Below, one piece after another: positions 1 through 12,450 of a stretch of 64,000 nt of DNA. The position numbers were made by a program, and so were the translations under genes. This DNA is from the human T2T-CHM13v2.0 reference genome, Homo sapiens. The notes under the pieces were generated by a model. The model worked only from the letters and a program-made list of their open reading frames with translations. It had not been told where the DNA came from and searched no databases. The stretch is from assembly GCF_009914755.1 (NCBI RefSeq), contig NC_060925.1; one strand, written 5' to 3'. Positions within the stretch are counted from its first letter, which is position 1. Every line of letters starts with the position of its first letter.

Positions 1-1114
1 TCTCCGTATTTGATTTAGATAGCCTTAAAAAGCTCTCATATATCCAAAATTTTGTTCATGTTTTTCTTGGTTCTGGAACACTCTTCCCTTTCTTGGCAAA
101 CTTCAATTCATTCTTTTAAGGCTCTGCTCCAATGACACCTCCTCTAGAAAGCTTTTCTTGATTTCTCACAGGAATCAAGGCCAGAATCAACCTCTGATTT
201 GTATCCCTGTAGCACATTGTTAATACCCTTACATCAATATCATGGCACATTGGAGGCACTGGTCTATGTTCCCATTTAACAAAGGCTTCTGTGGGTGGGG
301 ATGGTTTTGTATTGATCCCCCAGCACCAAGCACAGGGCCTACCTCATAGGAGAGAGGCTGTGACTATTTACTGAAAGTGTTCTTCAAGCACTTATGACAT
401 GCAAATAAGTGGCTCTATAAAAAGGAATAAGAATTGATCTGGGATTTCCAGGGCTCATAGCCTAGGACTGGCTTCAAGGCTGACTTTGTGATATCTGGGC
501 ACCTGTGTCCTGGAATTTTCCAGGAAAGTTCCAATTTTACATATATTTGTCCTCTGCAGTCTTAAATCCAACTCCAACAGAAAGTCCAATATTATATATG
601 AAAATCATATCTGCCCTTTACAGTGAAAATAGCACAAAATCTTATGTAATCCAACTGCTTTGATTTTTCATTTATGTAAGACAGTAGTTGACTACATGGG
701 CCATTCATGTGAAAACTTAAGAAGTGGCCTAGCATTTTGCATATACTCCTGGGAGACTTCCTGCTCTCCTCCACAAGCTGGAAGGGAGGGAAAGCTTCCT
801 TATTGCTCCACCCACAGCGGGTTACATCCCCAGAAACTCGGGCCCAAAGTTCCTCTCTTCTTAGGCTTGAATTACAAGTAGCGTTGTCAAAAACTTCAGT
901 CATTATCAAATTAGGAAGAAGACATAGTGAATACTAATTATCACTAATTGGGCTCAGAGTTTTTACCAGGCACTGTGCTAAGTAGTTTACATCCGTTATC
1001 TCACTTAACTTTCTCAGTAGCTCCATCTGGTAGATAATACATTCTTCTTTCCTTTCTCTCATCCATCTTTCTTCCCATACATCTTTCTTCCCATCTGTCT
1101 TTTCTTCTTCCTCA

Positions 1115-1790
1115 TCCCTTCATCAATAACTATTTATTTACTATATTCCAGGTATTGTTCTAGGAAGTGGGGATAGAGTTGAGAACAAGAACATGTATAT
1201 TCCTACCTTCAGGAATTTTTATTCTAATAACAAGAGACTGATGATAAACAAGTAAACAAATAAACAAGAGCATTACAGAGATCCATTAGTTCTATGAAGG
1301 AAATAAGGTAGGATGACAAGTGTGAGCTGTTGATGATGAGGCAGTACACTTTATAGAGAGAGGTTAGAGAAAGCTGACCTCGGAAAGTTTTTTTTGAACT
1401 TAGGCCTAAATGCAGCTACAAAAGCTTAAAGAAAAGAGTTTTTGAGGAAGAGGGAATGGCAAGTGCAAAGGTCCTGAGGCTTGACAAAGCTTATTTAAGG
1501 AACAGCAAGAAATCTAGTGTGTTGACTATGGGCAGAGAGCTCGGGGAAGACAGGTAGGAGATAAGTCAGACACAAAACAGGGACCAGCATGCAGGGCCAT
1601 GAAGACCACAAAGCAAGTAGTTTAGATTCTATTCCAAGTACAAACAGAAACCATACAAGGTTGTAAGGAGATTCATCCATCCAGCCTTCCATCCATTTAA
1701 TCAATCATTCAACAAATTTTTTTTTAGGACTTATTCAATCTGGCGTTTTTCTTCTAGGTGCTAGGGATATGGTAGTAAAAAACTACAGTC
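1115..1790 (-). mobile_element. L2 LINE 3' fragments
   Basis: Typical L2 3'-end reverse-complement wording (tttatt...ccaggtattgttctagg...gaacaaga; cattcaacaaat...ctaggtgctagggata). Boundaries approximate. Confidence 0.6.
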
Positions 1791-1796
1791 CTTATC

Positions 1797-2083
<287 letters not shown>

Positions 2084-2591
2084 AGTCCTTATCCTTTCAT
2101 AACTTAGATAATACTAAGGTGAACCAAGAGCTTGGTGGCAAAACCAAGAGCTTGCCGACAGATTCAGTGTGTAGAATGAGGGAGGAGAAGGGAAATAGAG
2201 CATGGCTCGTAAGTTTTGGCCTGAGAAATTAGGAGAATAATTGTGTTGTTTACCAAGACAGATGATTGGTGACAGATTTGAGTTATAAGAGAGCACTCAG
2301 GCTCTAAGAATCTATATAAATTGCCTAAATTCATGCAGCTTGTCAGAAGTCGAGCTAGGATTCAAATCCAAGTTTTTCCAAAAGCTATCTCACAAAGCAA
2401 TTCCAGGAGATTAAGCACTTTACTCAAACCCGAGGTTACAATTTAGCAGATGGGCCTAGAATATCACGTGGAGAGTCTGGAGCCACATTTCCCAGGTCAT
2501 ATACATAACCACTCTGAATCAACAGGTTTTCAAGTAGAAAAACATGATGACACCTCCCTAGCCCCTGTCCCATGGGGATCACGTTTGTTAC

Positions 2592-3339
2592 CTGGGGCCT
2601 GACTGGCAAGCTCACACTCATAGATGGGCTGGCAGGGGCTGCTTGCCGGGCTCCTCTCAGGAGGTGGGTTTTCCCAGCTTTTTCTGATATGTTGAGAAAT
2701 TACAAAAGAGGGATCTTCAGAGACGTTATGTAATATTTTGGGGGCCACCACGTGCTTCTGGGAAGGAAGAGTCTGGGCTCCTTTTGTTTCCAGCTTTTTC
2801 CTGGGTTCCTCTGGAGTAAGCCCCATGCCTTTTTGCCCTTCCAGATGGATGGCCTTACTTCCATAGTTGGCAAGGAGAAGGGCTGAAGACATTTCACTTT
2901 TCTGAGATGAAACCTTCTCCCAGTTCCAGAGTTTGTTTCTGAAGCTATTGGCCACCATTACTTTTTCCTTAGTGATTATCTCAACATTTGATTGAGTCAC
3001 CTCTAACAGCAGAGAAGCCTTCTGTGAACTTGTTGCAGAACATACAGTAGACTTTCCCAGAGGCCCTGGGGAGTTAGAACATTTTGGAATTTCACTCTTC
3101 TGAGCCAACTTTATTTTCTGAGGTTGAAGAGGCTGGGACTCACTACTGGAACAGTATGGTGTGCGCTGCTTGTGGTTGGATGAGAGGGGTTTCCCATTGG
3201 CCAAAATTTGAGTTGACTGTGTGCCTCCAATGTCACCCTTTGGAGAAACACCTGCTGGGAATTTAATAGGTCCTGGAAGAGGTGGAGCATCAAGATTTTG
3301 AAATTTGGCTCGAAGTTCCTTGAAGTTTCTTACCCCTTC
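2592..3339 (-). CDS. FYB2: FYB2 (C1orf168/ARAP) exon 2, 748 nt, encoding EGVRNFKELRAKFQNLDAPPLPGPIKFPAGVSPK...SPCQPIYECELASQAP+G
   Basis: Open frame across the exon, which contains most of ORF-track 2530..3204. Acceptor ctttgccttag|GAA at 3340/3339; donor CCAG|gtaaca at 2592/2591 (phase 1). The translation matches my recollection of the human FYB2 N-terminus (MEGEGVRNFKELRAKFQ...). Confidence 0.95.
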
Positions 3340-3356
3340 CTAAGGCAAAGAATAAT

Positions 3357-3405
3357 CAAACAAACAAACAAAAACAAAAACAAACAAACAACAACAACAA
3401 AAACA
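3357..3405 (+). repeat. (CAAA)n/(CAA)n simple repeat; U-rich on the minus strand, just upstream of the exon 2 acceptor
   Basis: caaacaaacaaacaaaaacaaaaacaaacaaacaacaacaac. Confidence 0.85.
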
Positions 3406-3949
3406 AGTGTCTCATTATTCCAAGAAAAAAAGTCAGTGTGATTAGATCTCACTGATCTCACCATGTTAAGGGACTCTAACTGCTGATATAACGCAATTGC
3501 TTCTGGGCAATGTTAGCCAGCAATGCTATTGTCTATATGAGATACAATGAAAACACTATCTCTTTCTTAAACACTCCAGGGATGTTTAATTTTCACACAG
3601 CACATAAAGAACACCTATATACAGTACTAAAAACAGTGGAGAAACCCCTTGATACAAACTTTTGATGGCTCCCCACAACCTATAAAAATAAATTCCAAAC
3701 TGCTTTATACAGAATTCAAGGTTCTTCACAATGAGGTCCACCAAAAGATGGTGGAATTATGATCTCCAACCACAGCCAAACACAACTACCCTTAAACCAA
3801 ACAGAACTGTTTACAATTTTCTTAGACCCTCCTACTCTCTATCACCTGGAGTTTGGTTTGTGTTCTTGCTTCACAAAATGCATCCCCATCAGCTTGTCAA
3901 CACCTTTCTTGCACTTCGCTGCCTACTAATCCATCAATATTTCACCTAG

Positions 3950-4293
3950 GGAACTTAATTCAATATGCAAAAAAAATATAACTCCATTAAAAAATGGACA
4001 AAGGACATAAACAGAAAACCAACTACTGCATGTTCTCACTTACAAGTAGGAGCTAAACACTGAGTACACATGGACATAAAGATGAAAACAAAAGGCACTG
4101 GAGACTATGAGAGGGGTGAAGGAACGAAGGGGCATAAAGTTTGAAAAATTACCTATTGTGTACTATGTTCACTACCTAGGTGATGGAATCATTCATACAC
4201 TAAACCTCAGTGACACACAATTTACCCATGTAACAAACATGTGCCTGTACTTCCTGAACCTAAAACGAAAGTTGAAAAAAAAAAAAAAAAAAA
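3950..4293 (+). mobile_element. L1 (L1PB/L1MA-like) 3' end with polyA tail and internal deletion
   Basis: catgttctcacttacaagtaggagctaaac...tttacccatgtaacaaac...aacctaaaa, then a long A tract. Confidence 0.85.
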
Positions 4294-4808
4294 AGCTTTC
4301 ACCTGTGGATGACAGACACAGCTAACTTCTTTCCTGTCTCCTTGGTACTTCCATAGCTTTTTATATCTTGGCTGTTGAACTTAATGCTATGGTATGGAGA
4401 AAAGAACAAACTTTGGAACTAGACAGACTTATGTTCACATGAAGACTCCACTCTTTATCCTCTAGGGAAATACTCTGAGAAACTTGATCTTCGCTCTAAG
4501 TGCTTTATAAAAATAAGTTGTCAAACAGTAGCAGGATTAGGGCCATTATAAGTGAAATGTCCATTACAGTGCCTGACACATAGTAGGCCCATGATAAAGA
4601 AAAGTTCTTTATAAGAGGCTAGATGACGCTCTTGCATTTTTAACTCCCCTTGGAAAATGATCATGCTCTTCCCTCTAAATTCAGCTCCAATTTGGTATAT
4701 GAAAATTGTGGTAGTAATGGGAGCCCAATCTTTGCGGCAGAGGAAGGAGCATGACTGGGTTTATACAGTGAGTTGATTGGTGGTCCGGCCAGGTAGGTGT
4801 AGGCTTAC

Positions 4809-4820
4809 CTCCTGCTCCAT
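4809..4820 (-). CDS. Candidate alternative first coding exon end (Met-Glu-Gln-Glu), in frame with FYB2 exon 2
   Basis: Minus strand aagagcATGGAGCAGGAG|gtaagc: strong Kozak, strong phase-0 donor, in-frame TAA 42 nt upstream. Inferred from sequence only. Confidence 0.4.
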
Positions 4821-5159
4821 GCTCTTCCTGCTGGTCCTTCTTCCTCCCACTAAACTGCATTAGATTTTGTAAATGTGTTCTGTCATCTTTTGCTTTCGCA
4901 GGAAGTAGGACAATGTCTAATGGAGCCATTGCAAAAAATAAGAGCCACTATCCTCTCCTGATCATCTTAAAGGTTTTTTAATTTCATTTACACAGACCAT
5001 CTCCATGGCAGTGACTTTTGATTTTGCCAGCTTAGGAAATGTTGGGCGACCTTTTCTCACCATATTTACAGTTGACTCACACCTGCCTTCTGAAGATTTT
5101 GGAAGGGAGGAAAATTGAACAAGAAGCATGAAGCAAGTGTCAGGGAGCTTAAGTACATG

Positions 5160-5240
5160 CACTCTCTCTCCTTTTTCATCTCTCTGTTCTCTCTTTATCT
5201 CTCTAACACACACACACACGCACAGGCACACGCACACACA
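5160..5240. repeat. (CT)n/(CA)n low-complexity tract
   Basis: ctctctct... followed by cacacacacacacgcacaggcacacgcacacaca. Confidence 0.8.
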
Positions 5241-5494
5241 TAGCCAGCAGACAAGTTAATTTAACCACACTTTCTCTCCCCTGACGTGGCAGAAGCCAGC
5301 ACTGGGCATGAAATCAGGAGATCTGAGTGTGAAACTCCACTTATCCATTTTCCACTTACGTGCCTTGGGCAATTCACTTCACTTTGTTGAGCCTTATTTT
5401 CCTCACTATGAAATGAAACTTATATTTCTGACAGCAGTTCAGGGTTATTGTAAGAATCAAATGAGATAACACACATACACACCTCAGTGATAAA

Positions 5495-6210
5495 TATTTT
5501 TTATATTGTGGTAAAATACACATAAAACACTGCCTACATAACACTGCCAAACTGTACACTTAGAGATCTTAACCATCTCTAAGTGTACAGTTTGGCAGTG
5601 TTATGTAGGTTCACATTGTTGTGTAACCAATCTCCAGAACTCTTTTCATCTTGCAAAAATAAAACTCCATATCCATTAAATAAGTCCATATTCCACCCTC
5701 TCATTCTACACTCTGTCTCTGAATTTGACTATTCTAGGTACTGTATAAGAGGAATCATAGAGTATTTGTCTTTTTGTAACTGTCTTATTTCACTTATTAC
5801 AATGGCCTCAAGGTTTAGCCATGTTGAAGCATGTGTTAGAATTTCCTTCCTTTTTAAGGCTAAATAATATATCATAGTGTATATATAACACATCCTGTTT
5901 ATCCATTCATCCGTCAATGGAGAGTCAGATTGCTTCTATATCTTAGCTATTATGAATGATGCTTCTATAAACATAGGTGTACAGATATCTCATTGAGATC
6001 CTATCTTCAGTCCTTTTGGTTGTGTTCCCAGAAGTGAAATTGCTGGACTATATGGTAATTCTATTTTTAATTTTTGAGGAGCCTCCCTTCTGTTTTCCAT
6101 AGCAACTGCACCATTTTACATTCTCACCAACAGTGTACAGGGGTTCCAATTTCTCCACATCTTCACCAACACTTTTTTTTTTTTACAATAGCCATCCTAA
6201 TGGTTATGAG
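5495..6210 (-). mobile_element. Old L1M (L1MA/MB-like) 3' end and ORF2 C-terminal relic
   Basis: ORF-track 5729..5917 (DEWINRMCYIYTMIYYLALKRKEILTHASTWLNLE) is the degenerate L1 ORF2 C-terminus; L1M 3'UTR motifs also present. Confidence 0.9.
5533..5609. repeat. Perfect inverted repeat: 35-bp arms, 7-nt loop
   Basis: cctacataacactgccaaactgtacacttagagat (5533-5567), loop cttaacc, then atctctaagtgtacagtttggcagtgttatgtagg (5575-5609). Confidence 0.98.
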
Positions 6211-6939
6211 TTTGTCAGTGGTTAATATTTTTAAAGTAATATAATGATTATTTTCAGTTCTTCACTATTTGAAGCCACATGGACAACTACTGTACAATGT
6301 TGTTGCTTAGATTTTAGTCTCTGTAGGATTAATTAAGCAAAGCCCTAGTATGAAATAGAATTATGGATTTGATAACCTCCAAACCAAGGTCCTGTGCAAG
6401 GATCACTAGTTCAGCGGGGAGCAAACCTGATTATACCTGGCTCTTTACTCTTTCAACGCATGTTCATTAAGTATCTACATACAGACCAAACATTGTTTTA
6501 GACAGTCAAGGGCTCTGTTGTAATGTCAACGAGAGACAGAAAATAAGCAATTACACAAGAAAATATTAGAGACAAAGTGCTATGTGGAGAATTAAGCAGA
6601 TGATGCAATAGTGACTGGGTGTCTACCACTGACTTTCAGAGCTACAGTAGAAAAGTAATTTCTTCTCTCTAGCTCAGCCATACATCAAATTAATGGTTGG
6701 TTTGGGTGATCTCCGAAGCCCCTTCCAGCACTAATATTTAGATTTTATTTTCCTTACAATTGATGGGAAATAGATGTGATGCCTTTTGTTTTTTATTATC
6801 CATCACCCATAGGTGGAAGTTCAGGTTTGAGGACATGAGGAAAACTGCATGAAGATGGTTTGGGAGGTGGCCATAGGGTCCTTCTGGTTAAAACCATGCC
6901 CCATTTTTCAGCTGCCGCAGCTAGTCAATCCCCAAATCC

Positions 6940-7880
6940 CACTGATCTGAACTCTTAAGCAGCCCGTGAGCACCTCCCTTCGATTCTTCCTCACTTACTG
7001 CTTCGAATGACTTCTTGATGGACTCTCTGCTTCCATTCTGAGCCCCTGTAATCCACCATTTACTCAGCTGTTAGACAAACCTCTTTAAAAACAAATCTGA
7101 TCATGTAAGTCCCTTACGTGTTTTAAAACCTTCAATTTAGCATCCCCAAAGCTTTCAAATAAGCTCAAATTCTTTTGCTTAGCACATAAGACCCATCCTA
7201 ATCCCGACCCTCTTAATGCTCCAACGTCACATTGGGCCTCCCCCCAACATGCTTTCTTCCTTCTAGCCTCACTAAATTGCTGACATTCTCCCAAACCTGT
7301 TTTGCCCTTTCATGTAGCTGTAACTTTGAATGTGCTGCCTGCAATGCTCATCTTTCTCTCTAATTTCTTGAACTAGCACATTCCTGCTCGTTCAAAATTT
7401 AACTCGTGTCATCTCAAAATATTTGTTGGTTGCCTACTATGCACTAGGCACTAGGGTTACAAAGATGAATGAGGCAACCCCAACCTTTCAGAACTCAGAA
7501 AATGAAGGAGACAGACACAAATTGGTTGTTTTAACATAATACAGGGAATTATTAAATATATGGCACAAAGTCTGTGGAGGGAACATAGAAAAGGGGCTTA
7601 TGATGCAAACCTGGTTGCCAAGCAGGTTTCCTAGAGGAGATTCCCCAGCTTAAACAGTCAGCCAAGCAAAGAACAGAGGAAGGCAGCCCAGAGCATGAAC
7701 ACAGAAGGCACAATCTTGGAAACAGCATGATGTATATGAGAAGCAGCAGCAATTTCACATAACTGAAGCCCCAGTGCACAGTGTATGAGGCTGGAGAAGA
7801 AAGGAGAGGCCAAGTCTTAATGTCATCGGGCTTAATCTTCACAGTGGGTGAGGAACTACTGATGGGTTTCCTGGTGAGCA
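6940..7880. mobile_element. L2 fragments in both orientations
   Basis: L2-type wording (aaacaaatctgatcatgt; atatttgttggttgcctactatgcactaggcactaggg). Boundaries approximate. Confidence 0.55.
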
Positions 7881-9189
7881 GCTAAAGGCAATTTCTAACT
7901 GATTCCTCTTTCATGACCATTCTAGGTAAAGCAGCATCTCTCCTTCACTCTCTACCTACCTTACCCTGGGTATACACTGGCTCATCCAACCCTTTCTTGT
8001 GAGCCTTCCCCTGGCACAGAGCCTGGGAAGCTTGGAACTACCACGCCCAGGCACTCTTTTATCTGGAATTTTGCCCAACAGAGGTGTCCATAGCTTGGTA
8101 AATGAGGCCCTGAGGGTGTGGCCGCTCAGGGAATAGCATGTGCTTTGGGGAGCAGCTGTGGCAGAGGTTCCTGTGCTACGTGGTGGGTAGCAGCATCGAT
8201 GGATTCACATAGGAACTGCCCCATTCCCTTAGCTCTAGCATCTAAGCTTCTTGCCAGTTCTGGAAATTCCTAAAATAATTTCTTGTAAATCCTTTTCCAT
8301 TCATATTTACAATAACAGGTTTGAGTATCTGCAACGACAACAACAAAACACACTGGCCGATACAGCCTGGTTTGTTTTTCTTTATAGCACCTATCAAAAC
8401 CCATCAGATGGTCTGTCTACCTCCATCAGAATGTAAACTCTTTGAAGGTGGGTACTTTGTTTGTATTTCAGTATTTGCCCACTGCTGTAGTGCCAGTGCC
8501 TCAATAAAAATGCGGTGAAGGAATGAATCCTTAATTCACTAGTCTTTCTGAACCCCTTTAAGACAGGGCCAGTATCCTATTTATGTTGGTATCCCCAGCA
8601 GTGGCAGAAGTGACCCACGAAATCCTTGGTGAATGAATGAGTCAGTGAATAGATATTTAGAAAAGTTAGCTGGTTCACATAATGCAGGAACCGTAACTCA
8701 GCAGAATCTTAATTTTTTCCTGTGTCATCTTTGTGAAAGCAGATTAGAATGCCCATGGAAACAAATGATCTAATTGCTATCATGTCAAAAGACAGCCCTA
8801 AAAATAGCCCTGGAAAATAGCCTGGTACTTTTGATTTGTACTGGGCAAGCCTCAAATACCCATCTGGGAAGTACAGGCCAAAACAATTCGAGAGATATTG
8901 TGGGAACAACCTAAGATAAAAGACAGTGGTGTCCTCTAAACAGAAGGGGTTTATCTCTTTGATATGGAAATTAAGCAAGGAGGAAGCAGCCAACAAAAAC
9001 AAAGACATTGCTATTTCAGAAGAATGGAGAGACCAGAGTAAAATAGTTAGAAGTCTGAATCTCAGCTCTTCAAGTGTGGCATTGTTATATTTAGATGAAT
9101 GTATTTCATCACTAGGAAAAAAGACTCCATCAAACAGATGCCTTTTATTCAATGTTTATGTTACAGGAATCTAAGGAATAATGATAATA

Positions 9190-9410
9190 ATAATAATAAC
9201 AAAAATGGGCAAACACATGATATTACCATATACCAGGCACTGTTCTAAGCACTTCATATACATTCACTAATTTAAACCCATGTATTCTCAGGTTACAGAC
9301 AAGGATAGTGAGGCATCGAGGGCCTATGTGACTTGTCCAAGGTCACGCAGCAAGGAAGGGTCAAAGCTAGCAATCAAACTCATACAACCTGGCTTTGAGT
9401 CCCATATGCT
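9190..9410 (-). mobile_element. MIR SINE (representative of many MIRs, e.g. ~940-1030, 4390-4600, 5300-5480, 18240-18830, 22690-22990, 48640-48830, 61390-61510)
   Basis: MIR core-like wording: ttacagacaaggatagtgaggc...gtgacttgtccaaggtcacgcagc. Confidence 0.7.
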
Positions 9411-11489
9411 CTATTCTGGAATCCTCTAACCCAAGAATTTGCTTGGTGGGTCTAGAAACTTCTTTGGCTAATAATTTTCTAGAAACAAGCTAATACCTGA
9501 TTACATGAGCATAAATGCTGTAACCTCCTCTTCTTGGGAAGATATTTTCCCCTTTGCTAGTTTCAGAGATAACTATATTTTTTTCTATCCTCATCATCCT
9601 TAACAACACTTATATATGATGTCTTAATTAATTTCCACAATAACCCCACCAATTAGGCGATTGTTACTGACCCTGTATTATAGATAGACTAAGAGAGAGG
9701 TTAAGTAACTTTCCCCAGTTTACATAGTTAGAGAATTTAAATCCAAGTCTGTGTAACTCCAGGACTGCTTTTATTTATTCTGCAATAAATATACAAATAT
9801 ATTGACAAATATACCTTTCTTATAAATTTAGCTTCAATTTAAAATTCTTCTATTAATTCATAAAAATATCATAATCAATTTTGTATATGTCACATTTACT
9901 TTAGAGATTATGTTAAAAATGTAGCTCTAATCACACCATTGAAACAAACAAAAATCCCAGGAAGCCAATTTGCATTGGCTTTTAAGACACTTTCTCAGAC
10001 TTTTTATTTATTTATACCGACATGAGCAAAACATTTTACTTAATATAACTGGCATAGTTTTAAAAATTTTAATAAATTACATGGCCATTGTGACCATGTA
10101 TCTTGGGTTTTTCAAGGTAGTTTTGATTTAATGTAATTTAAAAGGTGATGGGAAAATTCAGAACCAAAGAACAAAACTCAGTATTATACCCTTTCAAAGT
10201 AAATTTGGAAATGATAATAAATTCTGTGTCAAATCACGTTTTGATCTCTGCTTTATAAAGCATGGCACAGACAGTTATTTCATCCTCTCCTGAGTTTACC
10301 CTGCTGCCACGGGCTGCTAGGTAACCCTCTCTATGTCACCGCTCTCTGCCTTAACATCTACAATGGCATTCATTGCACCGCACAGCAAGCTGCCTTGGAC
10401 AAGGACTGCAGGTGCTCAATAAGTTAATAGTGACTTGGTGAGTGAATGCGGTCATAAAAATATATATAAAGTAAGTTCCAAAAGGAGAAGATACTATTTC
10501 TATGCACATTTCCTAATTGGAAAATAAAGGTTAACTCATTTCTGAATGTCTGCACATTGCTAACTGTTGCCTTCCACAGGGAGAAACAATGGCAACGTCA
10601 ACAGCAATGGTTTATCACAAGTCTGAACATTCCTCTGTGGTAAGCAAATCCAAGAGCCTTAAGGAATATGTAAACTCAAAATCCAAGGCAAAGAGAAGGC
10701 AGCAGAAGCCAACAAATTACGTGCCCAGGAAGAGAGGCAGTAGTAACTGTCAAATCCTATCTAAGATGGAAAGAAGTAGAAGTCGATTAAATATAGCATC
10801 TGAGTCACCCTTCATGACTAAAAGGGCTTCAATTCAACCTTCACTACTATAAGAGCTATAATAATGGTGAAACTGTCTGTATTCTTGGTACCAATGATTA
10901 ATTCCTATGAAGGGATAGGAACAACAGAACTGAACTGACACTGTAGTTGTTAGTTAAGGTTAAAGCTTAAGGTTAGAAAGATTAAAAGCTTCCTATGTAA
11001 AGGCAAAAAAATAAATAAATTAATTAACTAAATAAAATAAAATAATTGCACCCCCATTATCTGTCAGGTCACATGAGTACTTTTCACCTCCAGGTTGGGT
11101 ATGAGCAAGAATACCAGCTCCATTAAATGTGTGACCTTGAACATGCTACTAAATCTCTCTGCATCTGTAAAATGGGGCCAATAATACTCACCACATGGGG
11201 TGTAAGGTTTCAGTTAAGTGTTACAAAGTCCCTAAGTGCCCAGCCCCTGGCCAGTGCTCTTGGTGAGACTGCGCCTCCTCTAGTTGCAAGCACATATGCC
11301 ACCTGCTGTCCCTCAGCCATGACACTGCCTACTGCAGACAGCAAAGGCAGCCCAGAGTCTTGATGGTCCTAATACACCACATGCTTTCCTCACCTCAATA
11401 CCCCATGCATTACCACTAATGCTGCCTAAGCCCCCATCCTGAGTGGTAGGCGATAGTTAGCCGATGACTTGTCTTCCCCTAAAACATCA

Positions 11490-12450
11490 GGCCAGTGAGA
11501 CTTACATCCCCATTTACCTTGGTCACCATGAGAAAAGGAAGCTGGTCTGTTAACAAAGGGCCTTATTCCCCACAGACCTCTATAGTATCGCCAATTGAAT
11601 CCCATTTCTCACCCTTCCCTGACCACCCTAACCCTCAGTCTGCAAAATTCCTCATGTCCTCAAGCTCTTCTATGAACTTGCCCTCTACCTTTTTGCTCTA
11701 ACTCGAACTCATCTCTCTCCTGAAGAAATGGCTCTTCTTGTGCTCTCCCAAGCATGGCTTTCTTCTTCCACTCTCCTCTATTCCTGGGTCAGGAAGTGGA
11801 GTAAAGTGTTTTCTTAGCTCATCACTGCTGCTTTCAAATTATTTTTTCTTCCTCAATAAGACCAACTCCTGCAAAGGGCATATCAAACTAAACCTACTGC
11901 TTCCCATTGATGTCTTTCACAATATTCCTGATCACTCCCTTTTATTTATTAAAGATTTAAGCACCCAGCTCACTCCTCTCTATTACTACTCTCATGACAA
12001 TAAGCAAATTCCAAATCCATGCAGGTAATCCTTCCAACACTTTGGCCTCATTTCTGATGATCTCATCTTTCACCCTACTTTAGACACTAATTTCCACAGA
12101 TACACCTTAGACCCTGCTATGAGTAATAAATGAACCGTCTCCACCACATCAATCTCAAGTACCCTACTCCTGGACACCCCCTTTCATCTTACCCACTTGC
12201 CTTTTCTGGTGCCCCAACTCCAGCAATGCATTAGCCTCATGGGCCTTAGCACTGTTTCTCTACTATCCGGTCCCATCTTCATTTCCCTATGTACCCAGAT
12301 TGGGTTCCATAGACCATCATGAGAATCAGTCTCTGGAATACATCTTAATTCTTGCCTATCTCCCACTCCACAGTTACTTGGGTATGTGTAAAAGGCATGA
12401 AATGTGCCTAGAACTCTAACCTTGGTTAAACATTCTTCCTACTCTTTATT
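11490..12450 (+). mobile_element. L2 ORF2-region relic
   Basis: Pyrimidine-rich degenerate sequence resembling L2 internal region. Boundaries approximate. Confidence 0.45.

Noticed and set aside
2530-3204. ORF-track 224-aa ORF as a standalone gene
   Set aside because: It is part of FYB2 exon 2. The apparent start is an internal TTG (Leu), and the residues after 2592 are intron read-through.
8709-9152. 147-aa minus-strand ORF in intron 1
   Set aside because: No recognisable domain, a non-ATG start and a composition typical of AT-rich intron; likely chance.
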